NCBI GenBank assembly: GCA_029210775.1
Contig: JARGGI010000001.1
Location: forward strand, 16,493 to 80,492
Length of the DNA stretch: 64,000 nt
Reading direction: 5' to 3'
Source: Patescibacteria group bacterium
GTDB taxonomy: Bacteria > Patescibacteriota > Minisyncoccia > JAHIHE01 > JAGLIN01
Shown: positions 14,416-24,017 of the stretch, piece after piece
Numbering within the stretch: the first letter of the stretch is position 1
Layout of the letters: each line of letters begins with the position of its first letter
Translations under genes and position numbers: made by a program
Notes under the pieces: generated by a model
Told to the model about the DNA's origin: nothing
Databases searched by the model: none
Seen by the model: the letters and a program-made list of their open reading frames with translations, nothing else

Positions 14416-17400
14416 TTTCTAACTTCTTTGCCTGCAATCCATTTCTGAATCTTTTCGCTTTCAAGAGCGAGTTTTTTTGCTTCTTCTTCTGAAATATTAG
14501 CTGGGACTTTAATTTGATCACGGAGCTTTCCGTTGATTTGGATGACAAGATTTATTTCGGTTTCTTTGATAAAAAGGGGATTAATTTTTGGCCATGATTG
14601 CAAGTGAATACTTTTCTTTTCTCCTAACATTTCCCAAAGTTCTTCGGTAATATGTGGAGCAAAAGGGGACAATAAAATTAAAAATATTGAATACTGGGAA
14701 TTAAATATCATTTTTTCTTTTTCCATCTCATTCAATAAAATCATCATTTGAGAAATCGCAGTATTAAATTTCATGTTTTCAATATCTTCTGTTACTTTCT
14801 TGATAGTTTTATGCAATAATGATTCTATTTTTTGATCTTGTAGGAATGCAGAATCTTGCGTACTTTTTTGCAAATATTCAATCAATTTATCAGTAGCTTG
14901 TTTTCTGTGATCAAATCTATATTTATCTTCACTGGAACATTCGCCAAAAGATTTATTTAAAACATTTGGCATAAAAATAGAATCGTAACCGAAACCTCGT
15001 GTTCCGCGTGATTTTTCTAAAATTTCTCCTTCGCATTTTCCTTCAAATTGATTGTATTTTTTATCTTTTGGATTATATAAGGTAACTACGGATTGAAAAT
15101 AAGCAGACCTATCTTTTTTATCTACAAGTTCTTTAAAAATTTTTTGATATGCTTTTTTATAATCACCTTCTGAATATCGGCTTGAAAAAACTCCTGGACG
15201 TCCATCAAGCGTGTTAATACACAAACCACTATCATCAGCAATTGTTAGATAGCCAGTTTTTTGGGCATAATATTTTGCTTTAATTAAAGAATTTTCTGCA
15301 AAGGTTTTTCCATTTTCTTCAGGTTCTTCAATTGATTTATCAATGTCTTTTAATGAAATTATATTAAAATTAGCAAGATGATTTTTTAGTTCTTTTAGTT
15401 TTCCTTGATTATTTGTAGCGATTAATATTATTTTATTTTTATATGGGAACGCAAAATCTTGTGTTTCTACATTAGAATTCACAATATTATGTTTTTTTAT
15501 CTTTTTTTGCATATTCCAAACTCTTTCCAAAAATCTGTTCATTCCAATTAAGCTTGTCGTGTTCCATGGAATGGCGTCGCCATAAGGACCCATAAACATT
15601 TCATAAAGGCGAAGTGTATCCGACCCATATTGCTTGATGACATCATCGGGATTAACAACATTTCCGCGTGACTTGCTCATCTTTTGTCCATTTTCGGCGA
15701 GAATCATTCCATGCGATCTTCTTTTAGCGTATGGCTCACGAGTATTTACATATCCGAGATCAAACAAAAATTTATGCCAAAAACGAGAATATAATAAATG
15801 CAAAGTAGTGTGTTCCATACCGCCATTGTATAAATCAACTGGCATCCAATACTCAATTTTCTTGCGTGAAGCAAATTCTTTTTTGTTTTTTGGATCTAAA
15901 TATCGCAAGAAATACCAACTTGATCCCGCCCAATTTGGCATCGTGTCCGTTTCTCTTTTCGCCTCGCCTTTGCATTTTGGGCATTTCACTTCTACCCATT
16001 TCTTTATATTAGCAAGAGGAGATTCTCCCGTTTCTGTCGGTTCATAATTTTTGACATTTGGAAGCTCAAGTGGGAGATTCTTTTCATTTAATGGAATATT
16101 TTTAGTTATGTTTATAATTTCAAATTCCCAACCGACAAGACCGTTTTTTTGAATTTTATTAAGATAATCATTTGTAAAACTAAAACATTTTTCAAGTTCT
16201 TTAAAACTTCTAATCTTTGTGTTTGGGATAATCTTTTTTATCAAATCTTTTTTATTAAACAATTTTTCCAAGTTTTCAAAATTATAAACTTTATTAATTT
16301 TTATAACCTCAAACTCATTCGTATTTTTATTGTTTATTTTAATAAAATCTCCAATTTTAATATTACCAAAATATTTATCTTTTTCTTCAGGATTAAAAGC
16401 TCTTGTTTCAACAGTTTTTTTTCTGCAAATAATTTGATCCCAAATTTTATTTACTCTGAAATTTAATTCCATTTTAATGTTCAATTTTTTCAAACCACAT
16501 TCCTTGCATTTCACAATCGGAATTGGTTCACCCCAATAATGCTGGCGTGAAAAAATCCAATCTCGCAATTTGAAATTTACAGCCTTTTTACCAAGTTTAT
16601 TTTTTTCTAACCAAGCAGTGATTTCTTTTTTTGCTTCGGGAGTCTCAAGACCATTTAGAAAATCTGAATTAACATTTACACCATCTTCTTTAAAACAACC
16701 AGCTTTGCCTATTAAGCGTTGCCACAGCATTTTTTGATTGGATAGATTTAAAAAATCATCCATCTTGTCAGAATCGATCCAGACTGTATTATGGTTTATT
16801 GTTTCTTCTTCGCTTGGTTTTTCCAAACTTTCATCTTCCAATTTAAAAAGTAATCCTTGTTCAACTGAATAGCGGTTCTCATCTTTATGTCTATTAAAGA
16901 AAGTATTGTATTGTTCGCTTCCCAGATGACGGATAAATTTCAAATTTTTATAGCCAGTTTCTTCCTGAATTTCTCTTTTTCCTGCTTCTTGGGCAGTTTC
17001 TCCTTCTTCAATTCCACCAATGATTCCCGTGTGCCAATTAAATTTTTTCCAATCAAGACAAAGATATTTATCCTCATTCCAATGCTTCAGAAAAGCAATT
17101 ACAATTTTTTGACGTACTGTTTTTTTCTCAGGTCTAATCACATCATCTCCACTAAAAACCTTAAATAATGGAGCAACTACTTCTTTAATCTTGATACCAA
17201 ATTTCTTTGCAAACTCAAAATCTCTTTCATCGTGAGCAGGAACTGCCATAATGGCGCCAGTGCCATAAGAAGAGAGAACATAGTCCGCAATCCAGATTGG
17301 AATTTCTTCGTTACTTGCTGGATTTATTGCTTTTATACCTTTCAATTCAACGCCAGATTTTTCTTTGGCTAAATCAGTTCTGTCTAAATCAGATTTATTT

Positions 17401-18437
17401 TTTGCTTGTAAAATATATTTTTCAACTTCACTGTAGTTTTCAATATTATCTTTTAATTTTTCAATTAAACTGTGTTCGGGCGATAAGACCATATAAGTAC
17501 ATCCGAAAAGAGTGTCGGGGCGAGTGGTGAAAACTTTAATGCTACTGTCATTGCAAGCGGAGTGAAGCAATTCTGAATTTATAGGCGAAACCTGTATTTG
17601 ACTGGATTGCTTCGTCGCTTTGCTCCTCACAATGACAGAAAATTTAATTTCTGCTCCCTCTGACTTTCCAATCCAATTAATTTGTTGGGTTCTGATTTTA
17701 TTTAAATAATCAACCGAATCTAAATCTTTAATTAATCTGTCAGCATATTTTGTAATTCTCAGCATCCATTGTCTCATTACTTTTCTTTCTGCTAAGGCAC
17801 CACATCGCTCGCACGCACCATTAACGACCTCTTCATTAGCTAGTCCAATTTTGCAACTGGGACACCAATTAATCGCCATCTCTTTTTCATAAGCAAGTCT
17901 ATGATTATCAATAAATTCTTTTTTTTCAATTTCATTCAAATTTTTTGGAATTTTTAAATCTTCAATCGGTTTTGCTTTATCTGATTTTTTATCATAAAAA
18001 CTATTAAACAGTTTCAAAAAAATCCATTGCGTCCATTTATAATATTCTATGTCTGTAGTGTTAATTTCTCGCGACCAGTCAAAACTAGGTCCATAACTTT
18101 TTATTTGGCGTGTAAAATTTTTAATATTATTCTTCGTGACAACTTTTGGATGAGTTTTTGTTTTGATGGCAAAATTTTCCGTAGGCAAACCAAAAGCATC
18201 CCAGCCAATTGGGAACATTACATTATATCCACTCATCCTCCTTTGGCGGGCAACAATGTCAATGGCAATATGACTCCGAAGATGTCCTACATGAAGCCCT
18301 GCTCCAGATGGATATGGAAATTCAATTAAACAATAATACTTTGGTTTTTTTGTAAAATCTTTTGCATCATATATCCCACTTTTATCCCATTTATCTTGCC
18401 ATTTTTTTTCAATATTTCTAAAATTGTATTGTTTCAT
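14373..18437 (-). CDS. leuS: leucyl-tRNA synthetase, 1354 aa, with embedded Nudix, ASCH-like and HAM1/ITPase domains plus a MITE-derived in-frame insert
   Basis: HIGH=HVGH, CP1 TTRPDTLFG, KMSKS present, C-terminal anticodon-binding region; perfect Nudix box GGIEEGETAQEAGKREIQEETGY; HAM1 blocks ATNNQGKLKE / ADDSGLCINTLDGRPGVFSSRY / RGTRGFGYDSIF. Confidence 0.9.
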   Translation of the reverse strand: MKQYNFRNIEKKWQDKWDKSGIYDAKDFTKKPKYYCLIEFPYPSGAGLHVGHLRSHIAIDIVARQRRMSGYNVMFPIGWDAFGLPTENFAIKTKTHPKVVTKNNIKNFTRQIKSYGPSFDWSREINTTDIEYYKWTQWIFLKLFNSFYDKKSDKAKPIEDLKIPKNLNEIEKKEFIDNHRLAYEKEMAINWCPSCKIGLANEEVVNGACERCGALAERKVMRQWMLRITKYADRLIKDLDSVDYLNKIRTQQINWIGKSEGAEIKFSVIVRSKATKQSSQIQVSPINSELLHSACNDSSIKVFTTRPDTLFGCTYMVLSPEHSLIEKLKDNIENYSEVEKYILQAKNKSDLDRTDLAKEKSGVELKGIKAINPASNEEIPIWIADYVLSSYGTGAIMAVPAHDERDFEFAKKFGIKIKEVVAPLFKVFSGDDVIRPEKKTVRQKIVIAFLKHWNEDKYLCLDWKKFNWHTGIIGGIEEGETAQEAGKREIQEETGYKNLKFIRHLGSEQYNTFFNRHKDENRYSVEQGLLFKLEDESLEKPSEEETINHNTVWIDSDKMDDFLNLSNQKMLWQRLIGKAGCFKEDGVNVNSDFLNGLETPEAKKEITAWLEKNKLGKKAVNFKLRDWIFSRQHYWGEPIPIVKCKECGLKKLNIKMELNFRVNKIWDQIICRKKTVETRAFNPEEKDKYFGNIKIGDFIKINNKNTNEFEVIKINKVYNFENLEKLFNKKDLIKKIIPNTKIRSFKELEKCFSFTNDYLNKIQKNGLVGWEFEIINITKNIPLNEKNLPLELPNVKNYEPTETGESPLANIKKWVEVKCPKCKGEAKRETDTMPNWAGSSWYFLRYLDPKNKKEFASRKKIEYWMPVDLYNGGMEHTTLHLLYSRFWHKFLFDLGYVNTREPYAKRRSHGMILAENGQKMSKSRGNVVNPDDVIKQYGSDTLRLYEMFMGPYGDAIPWNTTSLIGMNRFLERVWNMQKKIKKHNIVNSNVETQDFAFPYKNKIILIATNNQGKLKELKNHLANFNIISLKDIDKSIEEPEENGKTFAENSLIKAKYYAQKTGYLTIADDSGLCINTLDGRPGVFSSRYSEGDYKKAYQKIFKELVDKKDRSAYFQSVVTLYNPKDKKYNQFEGKCEGEILEKSRGTRGFGYDSIFMPNVLNKSFGECSSEDKYRFDHRKQATDKLIEYLQKSTQDSAFLQDQKIESLLHKTIKKVTEDIENMKFNTAISQMMILLNEMEKEKMIFNSQYSIFLILLSPFAPHITEELWEMLGEKKSIHLQSWPKINPLFIKETEINLVIQINGKLRDQIKVPANISEEEAKKLALESEKIQKWIAGKEVRKVIFVKGRLVNIVI
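17545..17638. repeat. MITE-like palindromic element (TGTCATT family) inserted in-frame inside leuS CP1
   Basis: CTGTCATTGCAAGCGGAGTGAAGCAATTC...GGATTGCTTCGTCGCTTTGCTCCTCACAATGACAG; encodes SVIVRSKATKQSSQIQVSPINSELLHSACNDSS between EIKF and VFTTRPDT. Confidence 0.8.
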
Positions 18438-18688
18438 AATTTTTGAATAAAAAAACTAACTTTAAATTAAGAGGATAGATTTAGTTAATATTTATTATTT
18501 ATCTTCTAAAAATAAATCTTTATTTTCGTGTTCTTCTTTTTCAAATTCATTAATTTCACTATCTTTATCATTATTCCCATAAAAATCAAACATACTTTCG
18601 TTTCTCATATTTTTGATTTAATAATAAAAATAAGATAATCTATATTTATAGTTTATCTTATAATCGCTAAATTGACAAGAAATTCCAA

Positions 18689-19534
18689 CTAATTTTGAAA
18701 GTTAATTAATGTTATTTCGGGACTATTTAAAAATCTAAAAGGTAATACGCTTGTGCCTATACCTCTGTTTACATACATTTGTGTTTTATTTTGATTATAT
18801 AATCCTTTTATAAATCCTTCTCCATCTGGATTTGATGGAATAATTTTTTTGGTCAAATATGGAACATAAATTTGTCCTCCATGAGTATGTCCTGTTAAAA
18901 TAAAATTAATATTATTTTGTGACGCTTTTTTAATTATATCAGGAGAATGAGCTAAGAGAATATTACAATTATTGTTCTTTATTAGCTTTAATGCTTTAGT
19001 TAAATCTTGATCAATGTTATTGCTCGTATATGGGTCTTTTATACCAATAATATTTAATATTTTGTTATTGATTGCTAATTCTATATGATCATTTATCAGG
19101 ACTTTTGCCCCAGAAAGTTCTAATTTATTTTTAAACTCATTTATATCATAATTTAAAGACCAATAATCCCAATTTCCGAAAGTTATAAAAACAGAATAAT
19201 CTTTAGATATTTGATTTATAAAACTAATTATATTATCAATTCCGTTATTGTTAGATATTAAATCTCCAGTAATAAAAACTGCGGTAGGATTTTGATTTTT
19301 GATTTTTTCAGAAAGATTATTAATTTTTTTTTGTGAAGTTTTTCCTGTAAAATGTAGATCTGATATTTGAATAAAATTATAAGCAGAAATATCAGATTTA
19401 AGACAGTCCAGCTCAACTGTTTGTTTTTTTAATATTATAGCATTAGGCTCTATCATATATGAATAAATTATTAGAAAACAGAATAATCCAGCAAATAAAA
19501 TTGTTAATTTATATATACGATTTAATTTTCTCAT
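18689..19534 (-). CDS. calcineurin-like metallophosphoesterase, N-terminal TM anchor
   Basis: DLH...GDL...GNWD...GHTHGG motifs. Confidence 0.8.
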   Translation of the reverse strand: MRKLNRIYKLTILFAGLFCFLIIYSYMIEPNAIILKKQTVELDCLKSDISAYNFIQISDLHFTGKTSQKKINNLSEKIKNQNPTAVFITGDLISNNNGIDNIISFINQISKDYSVFITFGNWDYWSLNYDINEFKNKLELSGAKVLINDHIELAINNKILNIIGIKDPYTSNNIDQDLTKALKLIKNNNCNILLAHSPDIIKKASQNNINFILTGHTHGGQIYVPYLTKKIIPSNPDGEGFIKGLYNQNKTQMYVNRGIGTSVLPFRFLNSPEITLINFQN

Positions 19535-19546
19535 AAATTAATATTA

Positions 19547-20323
19547 TTATATTCCAAACAATTTTTTAGCATTTTTACTTGTAATATTTTTAACTTCTTC
19601 AAAACTTATCTTTTTGATGTGTGCAATTTTTTCAGCGACATGCTTTACATATAATGGCTCATTTCTTTTTCCTCTTTTTGGAATAGGAGACAAATAAGGA
19701 CAGTCGGTTTCAATGAGAATTCTATCTAAGGGTATATTATTTATAACTTTAAATATTTCTGGTTTATTATTAAATTCATCTTTATAATAAGTAATTATAC
19801 CTGTAAAACCGATATAAAATCCAAGATTAATATATTCTTTTGCAATTTCCCAACTTGCTGTGAAACAGTGAATAACACCCTTCCAATTTGATGTTTTATA
19901 TTCTTTTAATATATCAATTAAATCATTATGAGCATCTCTACAATGAATTATAACTGGCATATTATGATTATCTGCAAGTTCAATTTGGAGTCGAAAAGCT
20001 TCAATTTGTTTTTCTCGAGAAGTTGTGCCTTTAAAAAAATCAAGTCCAATTTCGCCAATTGCAATCGTTTTATAATGCATTGCAATTTCTTCAATTATTT
20101 TAAGAGAATTTTTATTAACTGAGTCAGCATCATGTGGATGAATGCCAGCCGAAGCGAAGATGTTTTCATTATTTTTTGCAAGCTTATAACTTCTTTTACT
20201 TGATTGTAAATCACATCCAACATTTATCATTTTTTCTCCGCCATTATTAAAAAACCGTTTGATGACTTCTTCACGGTCTTTGTTATATTCCTTAAAGTCT
20301 ATATGTGCGTGGGTATCAATCAT
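19547..20323 (-). CDS. tatD: TatD-family metal-dependent hydrolase/DNase
   Basis: MIDTHAHID start, conserved His/Glu/Asp blocks. Confidence 0.85.
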   Translation of the reverse strand: MIDTHAHIDFKEYNKDREEVIKRFFNNGGEKMINVGCDLQSSKRSYKLAKNNENIFASAGIHPHDADSVNKNSLKIIEEIAMHYKTIAIGEIGLDFFKGTTSREKQIEAFRLQIELADNHNMPVIIHCRDAHNDLIDILKEYKTSNWKGVIHCFTASWEIAKEYINLGFYIGFTGIITYYKDEFNNKPEIFKVINNIPLDRILIETDCPYLSPIPKRGKRNEPLYVKHVAEKIAHIKKISFEEVKNITSKNAKKLFGI

Positions 20324-20363
20324 AATTTTAGCTTTTTAATTTGTAACTTTATAAATTTTTAGT

Positions 20364-20479
20364 TGTCATCTTGAATGGAATGTAACGACCGATAGGATTC
20401 TGTGCTTAATATCGTAAATTATATGTGATAGTTTTGAGCAAATAGTTTCGGGATTCTATCACTTCGCTTCAGAATGACA
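20364..20479. repeat. MITE-like element (TGTCAT termini) between tatD and metG
   Basis: TGTCATCTTGAATGG...GGGATTCTATCACTTCGCTTCAGAATGACA; right arm matches arm A consensus TGTCATTSYGARCGAAG..AATCCC. Confidence 0.6.
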
Positions 20480-20487
20480 ATATTATT

Positions 20488-22131
20488 TTATAATCTCGGG
20501 AATAAAATTTCGCCTTTATTTATTTTTGTGCCTGTCTTCAATCCACCCCAAACTTGCGCTTCTTTTAATGTTTTTTTGAGCTCAAGCTTTCTTTCTTTTT
20601 CATTTGCAAATAATTGAGCAAAAATTTTGTCTGATGTTTCTGGTAAAAATGGGCGAATCATCCAGGCGATTTGGCGCAATGATTCTAATAAATTATAAAC
20701 TATTATCGCTGTTTTTTCTTTGTCTTCTTTGATTAATTTCCAAGGTTCAGAATAATCAATATAATTATTTAATTTTGGAACTACACCGTTTACATTCTCT
20801 TTCTTGATATCGCCAAAGGAAATCACAAGGCCTAAGGCTCGATCCAGCTTAAAATCATTTATACTGCCGTCAATTAATTTCCATATTTTTTCAATCTCAG
20901 TTCTACTTGAACTAAAAATTTTATCTTCTTCATTCTTTGAATATGTTTCCGCCTGTCCAGTTTTTTCAAAATCAATATCTGGAACTCGGTTGCTAAAATA
21001 TTTTTCTGGCATAGTTAAAGTTCTGGCAATTAAATTTCCCAGTCCGTTTTGTAAATCTGATTTATAAACTTCTTCAAACCTTTCAAATGAAAAATCACCA
21101 TCTCCGCCAGAAGGTATTTCTTTGAGAAGATAATATCGCAAAGCATCAACCCCATATTTATTAACTACTTCAAATGGATCTATAACATTTCCAATTGATT
21201 TGCTCATTTTTTTCCCTCCTGAAGTTACGAAACCATGCACAAAGATTTTTTTAGGTAAGGGGAGATCAGCAGAAATGAGCATAGCTGGCCAAATTGCAGC
21301 GTGAAATCTCAAAATGTCTTTTCCAATGACGTGAATATCTGCTGGCCAATATGTTTTAAATTTTTCATTTATCGAGGTTGAACCTCGATAATCTTCTCCG
21401 TATCCGAGAGCAGAAATGTAATTTGTCAATGCATCACACCAAACATACATAGTTTGACTTTTATCATTTGGAACTGGCACGCCCCAATCAAGAACAGCTT
21501 TTGGACGAGAAAAACTAATATCTCTAAGACCCTCTTTGATGACATTGAGAATTTCATTTTTACGAGATTCTGGTGAAATTTCTAATTCTTCACTTTCAAT
21601 TTTTTCTAAGATTTGATTAGAATACTTTGAAAGCTTGAAAAAGTAGTTTTTTTCGCTTATTTTTTCAGGCGTTTTTTGGTGATTTGGGCATTTGCCGTCA
21701 ATTAAATCCTTTTCAGTCAAATACGCTTCGCAGCCAACACAATAATAACCCTCATATTTATCATTATAAATATCTCCTGCGTCAACAAGCTGCTGCCAAA
21801 TTTTTTGTGCTGCTGGCCAATGTCTTTTTTTGTCCGTTGTGCGAATAAAGTCATTATTAGAAATATCAAGCGTATCCAGTAATAATTGAAATTTAGCTGA
21901 GGTTTCATCGACAAATTTTTGCGGTTCTGTTTTATTTTCTAAGGCTGTTTTCTTTATTTTGGATCCGTTTTCATCTGTGCCTGACAAAAAGTAAACATCG
22001 TAGCTAAGCATACGATGATATCTCGCCAAAACATCCGCTTGGCAAACTTCCATAGCATACCCAATATGTGGTGCAGCATTAGCGTAAGCAATTGAACTAG
22101 TGATGTAAAATTTTGATTTAAAAGTTGACAT
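20488..22131 (-). CDS. metG: methionyl-tRNA synthetase (short form)
   Basis: HIGY (HIGH), KMSKS, class I anticodon-binding helical domain. Confidence 0.9.
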   Translation of the reverse strand: MSTFKSKFYITSSIAYANAAPHIGYAMEVCQADVLARYHRMLSYDVYFLSGTDENGSKIKKTALENKTEPQKFVDETSAKFQLLLDTLDISNNDFIRTTDKKRHWPAAQKIWQQLVDAGDIYNDKYEGYYCVGCEAYLTEKDLIDGKCPNHQKTPEKISEKNYFFKLSKYSNQILEKIESEELEISPESRKNEILNVIKEGLRDISFSRPKAVLDWGVPVPNDKSQTMYVWCDALTNYISALGYGEDYRGSTSINEKFKTYWPADIHVIGKDILRFHAAIWPAMLISADLPLPKKIFVHGFVTSGGKKMSKSIGNVIDPFEVVNKYGVDALRYYLLKEIPSGGDGDFSFERFEEVYKSDLQNGLGNLIARTLTMPEKYFSNRVPDIDFEKTGQAETYSKNEEDKIFSSSRTEIEKIWKLIDGSINDFKLDRALGLVISFGDIKKENVNGVVPKLNNYIDYSEPWKLIKEDKEKTAIIVYNLLESLRQIAWMIRPFLPETSDKIFAQLFANEKERKLELKKTLKEAQVWGGLKTGTKINKGEILFPRL

Positions 22132-22232
22132 ATTATTAAAATAGTTATAATAACTTTAAAAGAATCAGCATCCTAGACATGAAGTAGATTTTATATCAAA
22201 GCCTGATAAATTTGATAATGTATTCAAATTAA

Positions 22233-22898
22233 TTAACCAACAATAACCACAAACTCACCCTTGACTTGATCGGGGGTTATTTTTTTTATAATTTCTTCTG
22301 AATTACCTCGATATATTGTCTCATAAATTTTAGTTAATTCTCTACAGATAACAATATTTTTTTCAGGAAAATATTCTTTCATACTATTTAAAGTTTTTAT
22401 AATTCTATGTGGTGATTCATAGAAAGCAACAGTTCTTTTTTCTTTAGCGATATTTTTGAAAAATGTTTGTCTCCCTTTCTTATGCGGTACAAATCCCAAA
22501 AAAATAAAATTGTCTGTTGGAAAACCAGAAACACAAAGAGCTGAAGTCAAAGCCGAGGGTCCTGGAATTGGAATAATTTTTACATCTACTTTATTTTCAA
22601 TTAGATATTTTATCAACATATTTCCTGGATCTGAAATTCCTGGCGTTCCTGCATCACTTACTAAAGCTAAATTTCTATTATCTTTTAGTAATTCTATTAT
22701 TTTGTTAATTTTATTTAATTTACTATATTGATGATAGCTTAAAGTTTGACTGTCAATTTTATATTTTAATAATAATTTTTGTGTTTGTCTTGTATCTTCA
22801 CATAAAACTACATCAACCTCTTTTAAAACCCTCAGTGCCCTGAGGGTTATGTCTTCCAGATTTCCAATCGGCGTGGCGATGATATATAAATTTGACAT
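22233..22898 (-). CDS. rsmI: 16S rRNA (cytidine1402-2'-O)-methyltransferase RsmI (tetrapyrrole methylase fold)
   Basis: LYIIATPIGNLEDITLRALRVLKEVDVVLCEDTR. Confidence 0.85.
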   Translation of the reverse strand: MSNLYIIATPIGNLEDITLRALRVLKEVDVVLCEDTRQTQKLLLKYKIDSQTLSYHQYSKLNKINKIIELLKDNRNLALVSDAGTPGISDPGNMLIKYLIENKVDVKIIPIPGPSALTSALCVSGFPTDNFIFLGFVPHKKGRQTFFKNIAKEKRTVAFYESPHRIIKTLNSMKEYFPEKNIVICRELTKIYETIYRGNSEEIIKKITPDQVKGEFVVIVG

Positions 22899-22906
22899 AT
22901 ATTTTT

Positions 22907-23965
22907 TTATGACAAGTCTTCTTTTTTTCTGTGGCTATATATATCTTCAAGAAAAATTGAAGCTATTGTTGTTACAGGTATTGCCAGAATAATTCCTAAA
23001 ACACCTGCTAACTGTCCACCAATCAACATTGCAATTATAATTATTACTGGATGCAAACCAACAGATTTTTCCATAACCTTTGGAACAATTAAATAGTTTT
23101 CAAGTTGTTGAATAATAAAATATAAACCAAAAGTTAAAATTGCTAAAAAAGGGGAAATTGTAAATGCAATAATAATTGCCGGAATTCCTGATAAAGTTGG
23201 CCCGATATATGGGATAAGCTCCATTGTGCCAGCAATAATTGCGAGAACTAAGGCATAAGGGATTCCAAGTATTGTCAAACCAACAAAAGATAGAAAGCCT
23301 ACTATAAATCCTAAAAATAATTGTCCAACAAACCACTTTCCTAATTTAATTTCAACTTTTCTGATTATTCGTAGCGCTTGAGGACGAGATTCGGAAGGAA
23401 TTAGAGTTTGAACAAATTTTTCAACGCCATTTTCTTCAACAACGAGATAAAAAGAAATTACAAGAATCAGAATTACAGAAAGAAATCCACCCAAAAGACC
23501 CAAAATTCCAACGATCACATTAGATGTTATATCTTTCATTGTTTTACTTGCCTCAATTAAAATATTTTGTAGAGGTTCAGAAACTTTATAATTAAATGAT
23601 CCATTATAAATTGTATTATTTTCTGAAAATGATTTATAGTCTATGCCAGCATTTTCTATATAGGTTGGTAAATTTGAAGCAAGATTGCTAAGCTCTTTTG
23701 CAAGTGGAGGAGCAACGATATAAAACAATAACCCAATTACAATAAACGCCATTAAAAATAGACTTGCAGTTCCCGCAACTCTCGGAATTTTTTTCTTTTG
23801 TAGCTTGTCAACTTGAGGATTCATAATCAAAGCAAGAATTATAGAAATAAAAACTATAAAAATAATTCCTCGCAAATAAATAAGAAAGAATAAAATAAAT
23901 ATAACTAAAAAAAATTTAACTATACTTTCATATGATATATCAACAACTTGCTTATGTTTATCCAT
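22907..23965 (-). CDS. AI-2E family transporter (PerM-like)
   Basis: 8 TM, characteristic AI-2E blocks. Confidence 0.75.
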   Translation of the reverse strand: MDKHKQVVDISYESIVKFFLVIFILFFLIYLRGIIFIVFISIILALIMNPQVDKLQKKKIPRVAGTASLFLMAFIVIGLLFYIVAPPLAKELSNLASNLPTYIENAGIDYKSFSENNTIYNGSFNYKVSEPLQNILIEASKTMKDITSNVIVGILGLLGGFLSVILILVISFYLVVEENGVEKFVQTLIPSESRPQALRIIRKVEIKLGKWFVGQLFLGFIVGFLSFVGLTILGIPYALVLAIIAGTMELIPYIGPTLSGIPAIIIAFTISPFLAILTFGLYFIIQQLENYLIVPKVMEKSVGLHPVIIIIAMLIGGQLAGVLGIILAIPVTTIASIFLEDIYSHRKKEDLS

Positions 23966-24017
23966 GTTTTTGTTTAATGTTATTATTTAAAAATTTTTAT
24001 TAAAAAATATAAAATAT

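Noticed and set aside
15634-17530. Antisense ORFs 15634-16047, 16149-16466, 16887-17168, 17297-17530 (+)
   Set aside because: Fully embedded antisense to leuS, low-complexity Phe/Ile/Asn-rich translations typical of AT-rich antisense frames.
14373-18437. Considered inteins as explanation for the oversized LeuRS
   Set aside because: Insert boundaries lack the Cys/Ser...HN splice-junction residues and there are no Hint/LAGLIDADG blocks; inserted segments instead match Nudix, ASCH-like and HAM1 domains.
22253-22290. 14-mer TTGACTTGATCGGG shared between the rsmI 3' coding end and the adhesin-gene terminator loop (41301-41314)
   Set aside because: Too short to interpret; could be chance or a micro-transfer. 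In rsmI it encodes conserved PDQVKGEF, so not an independent element.
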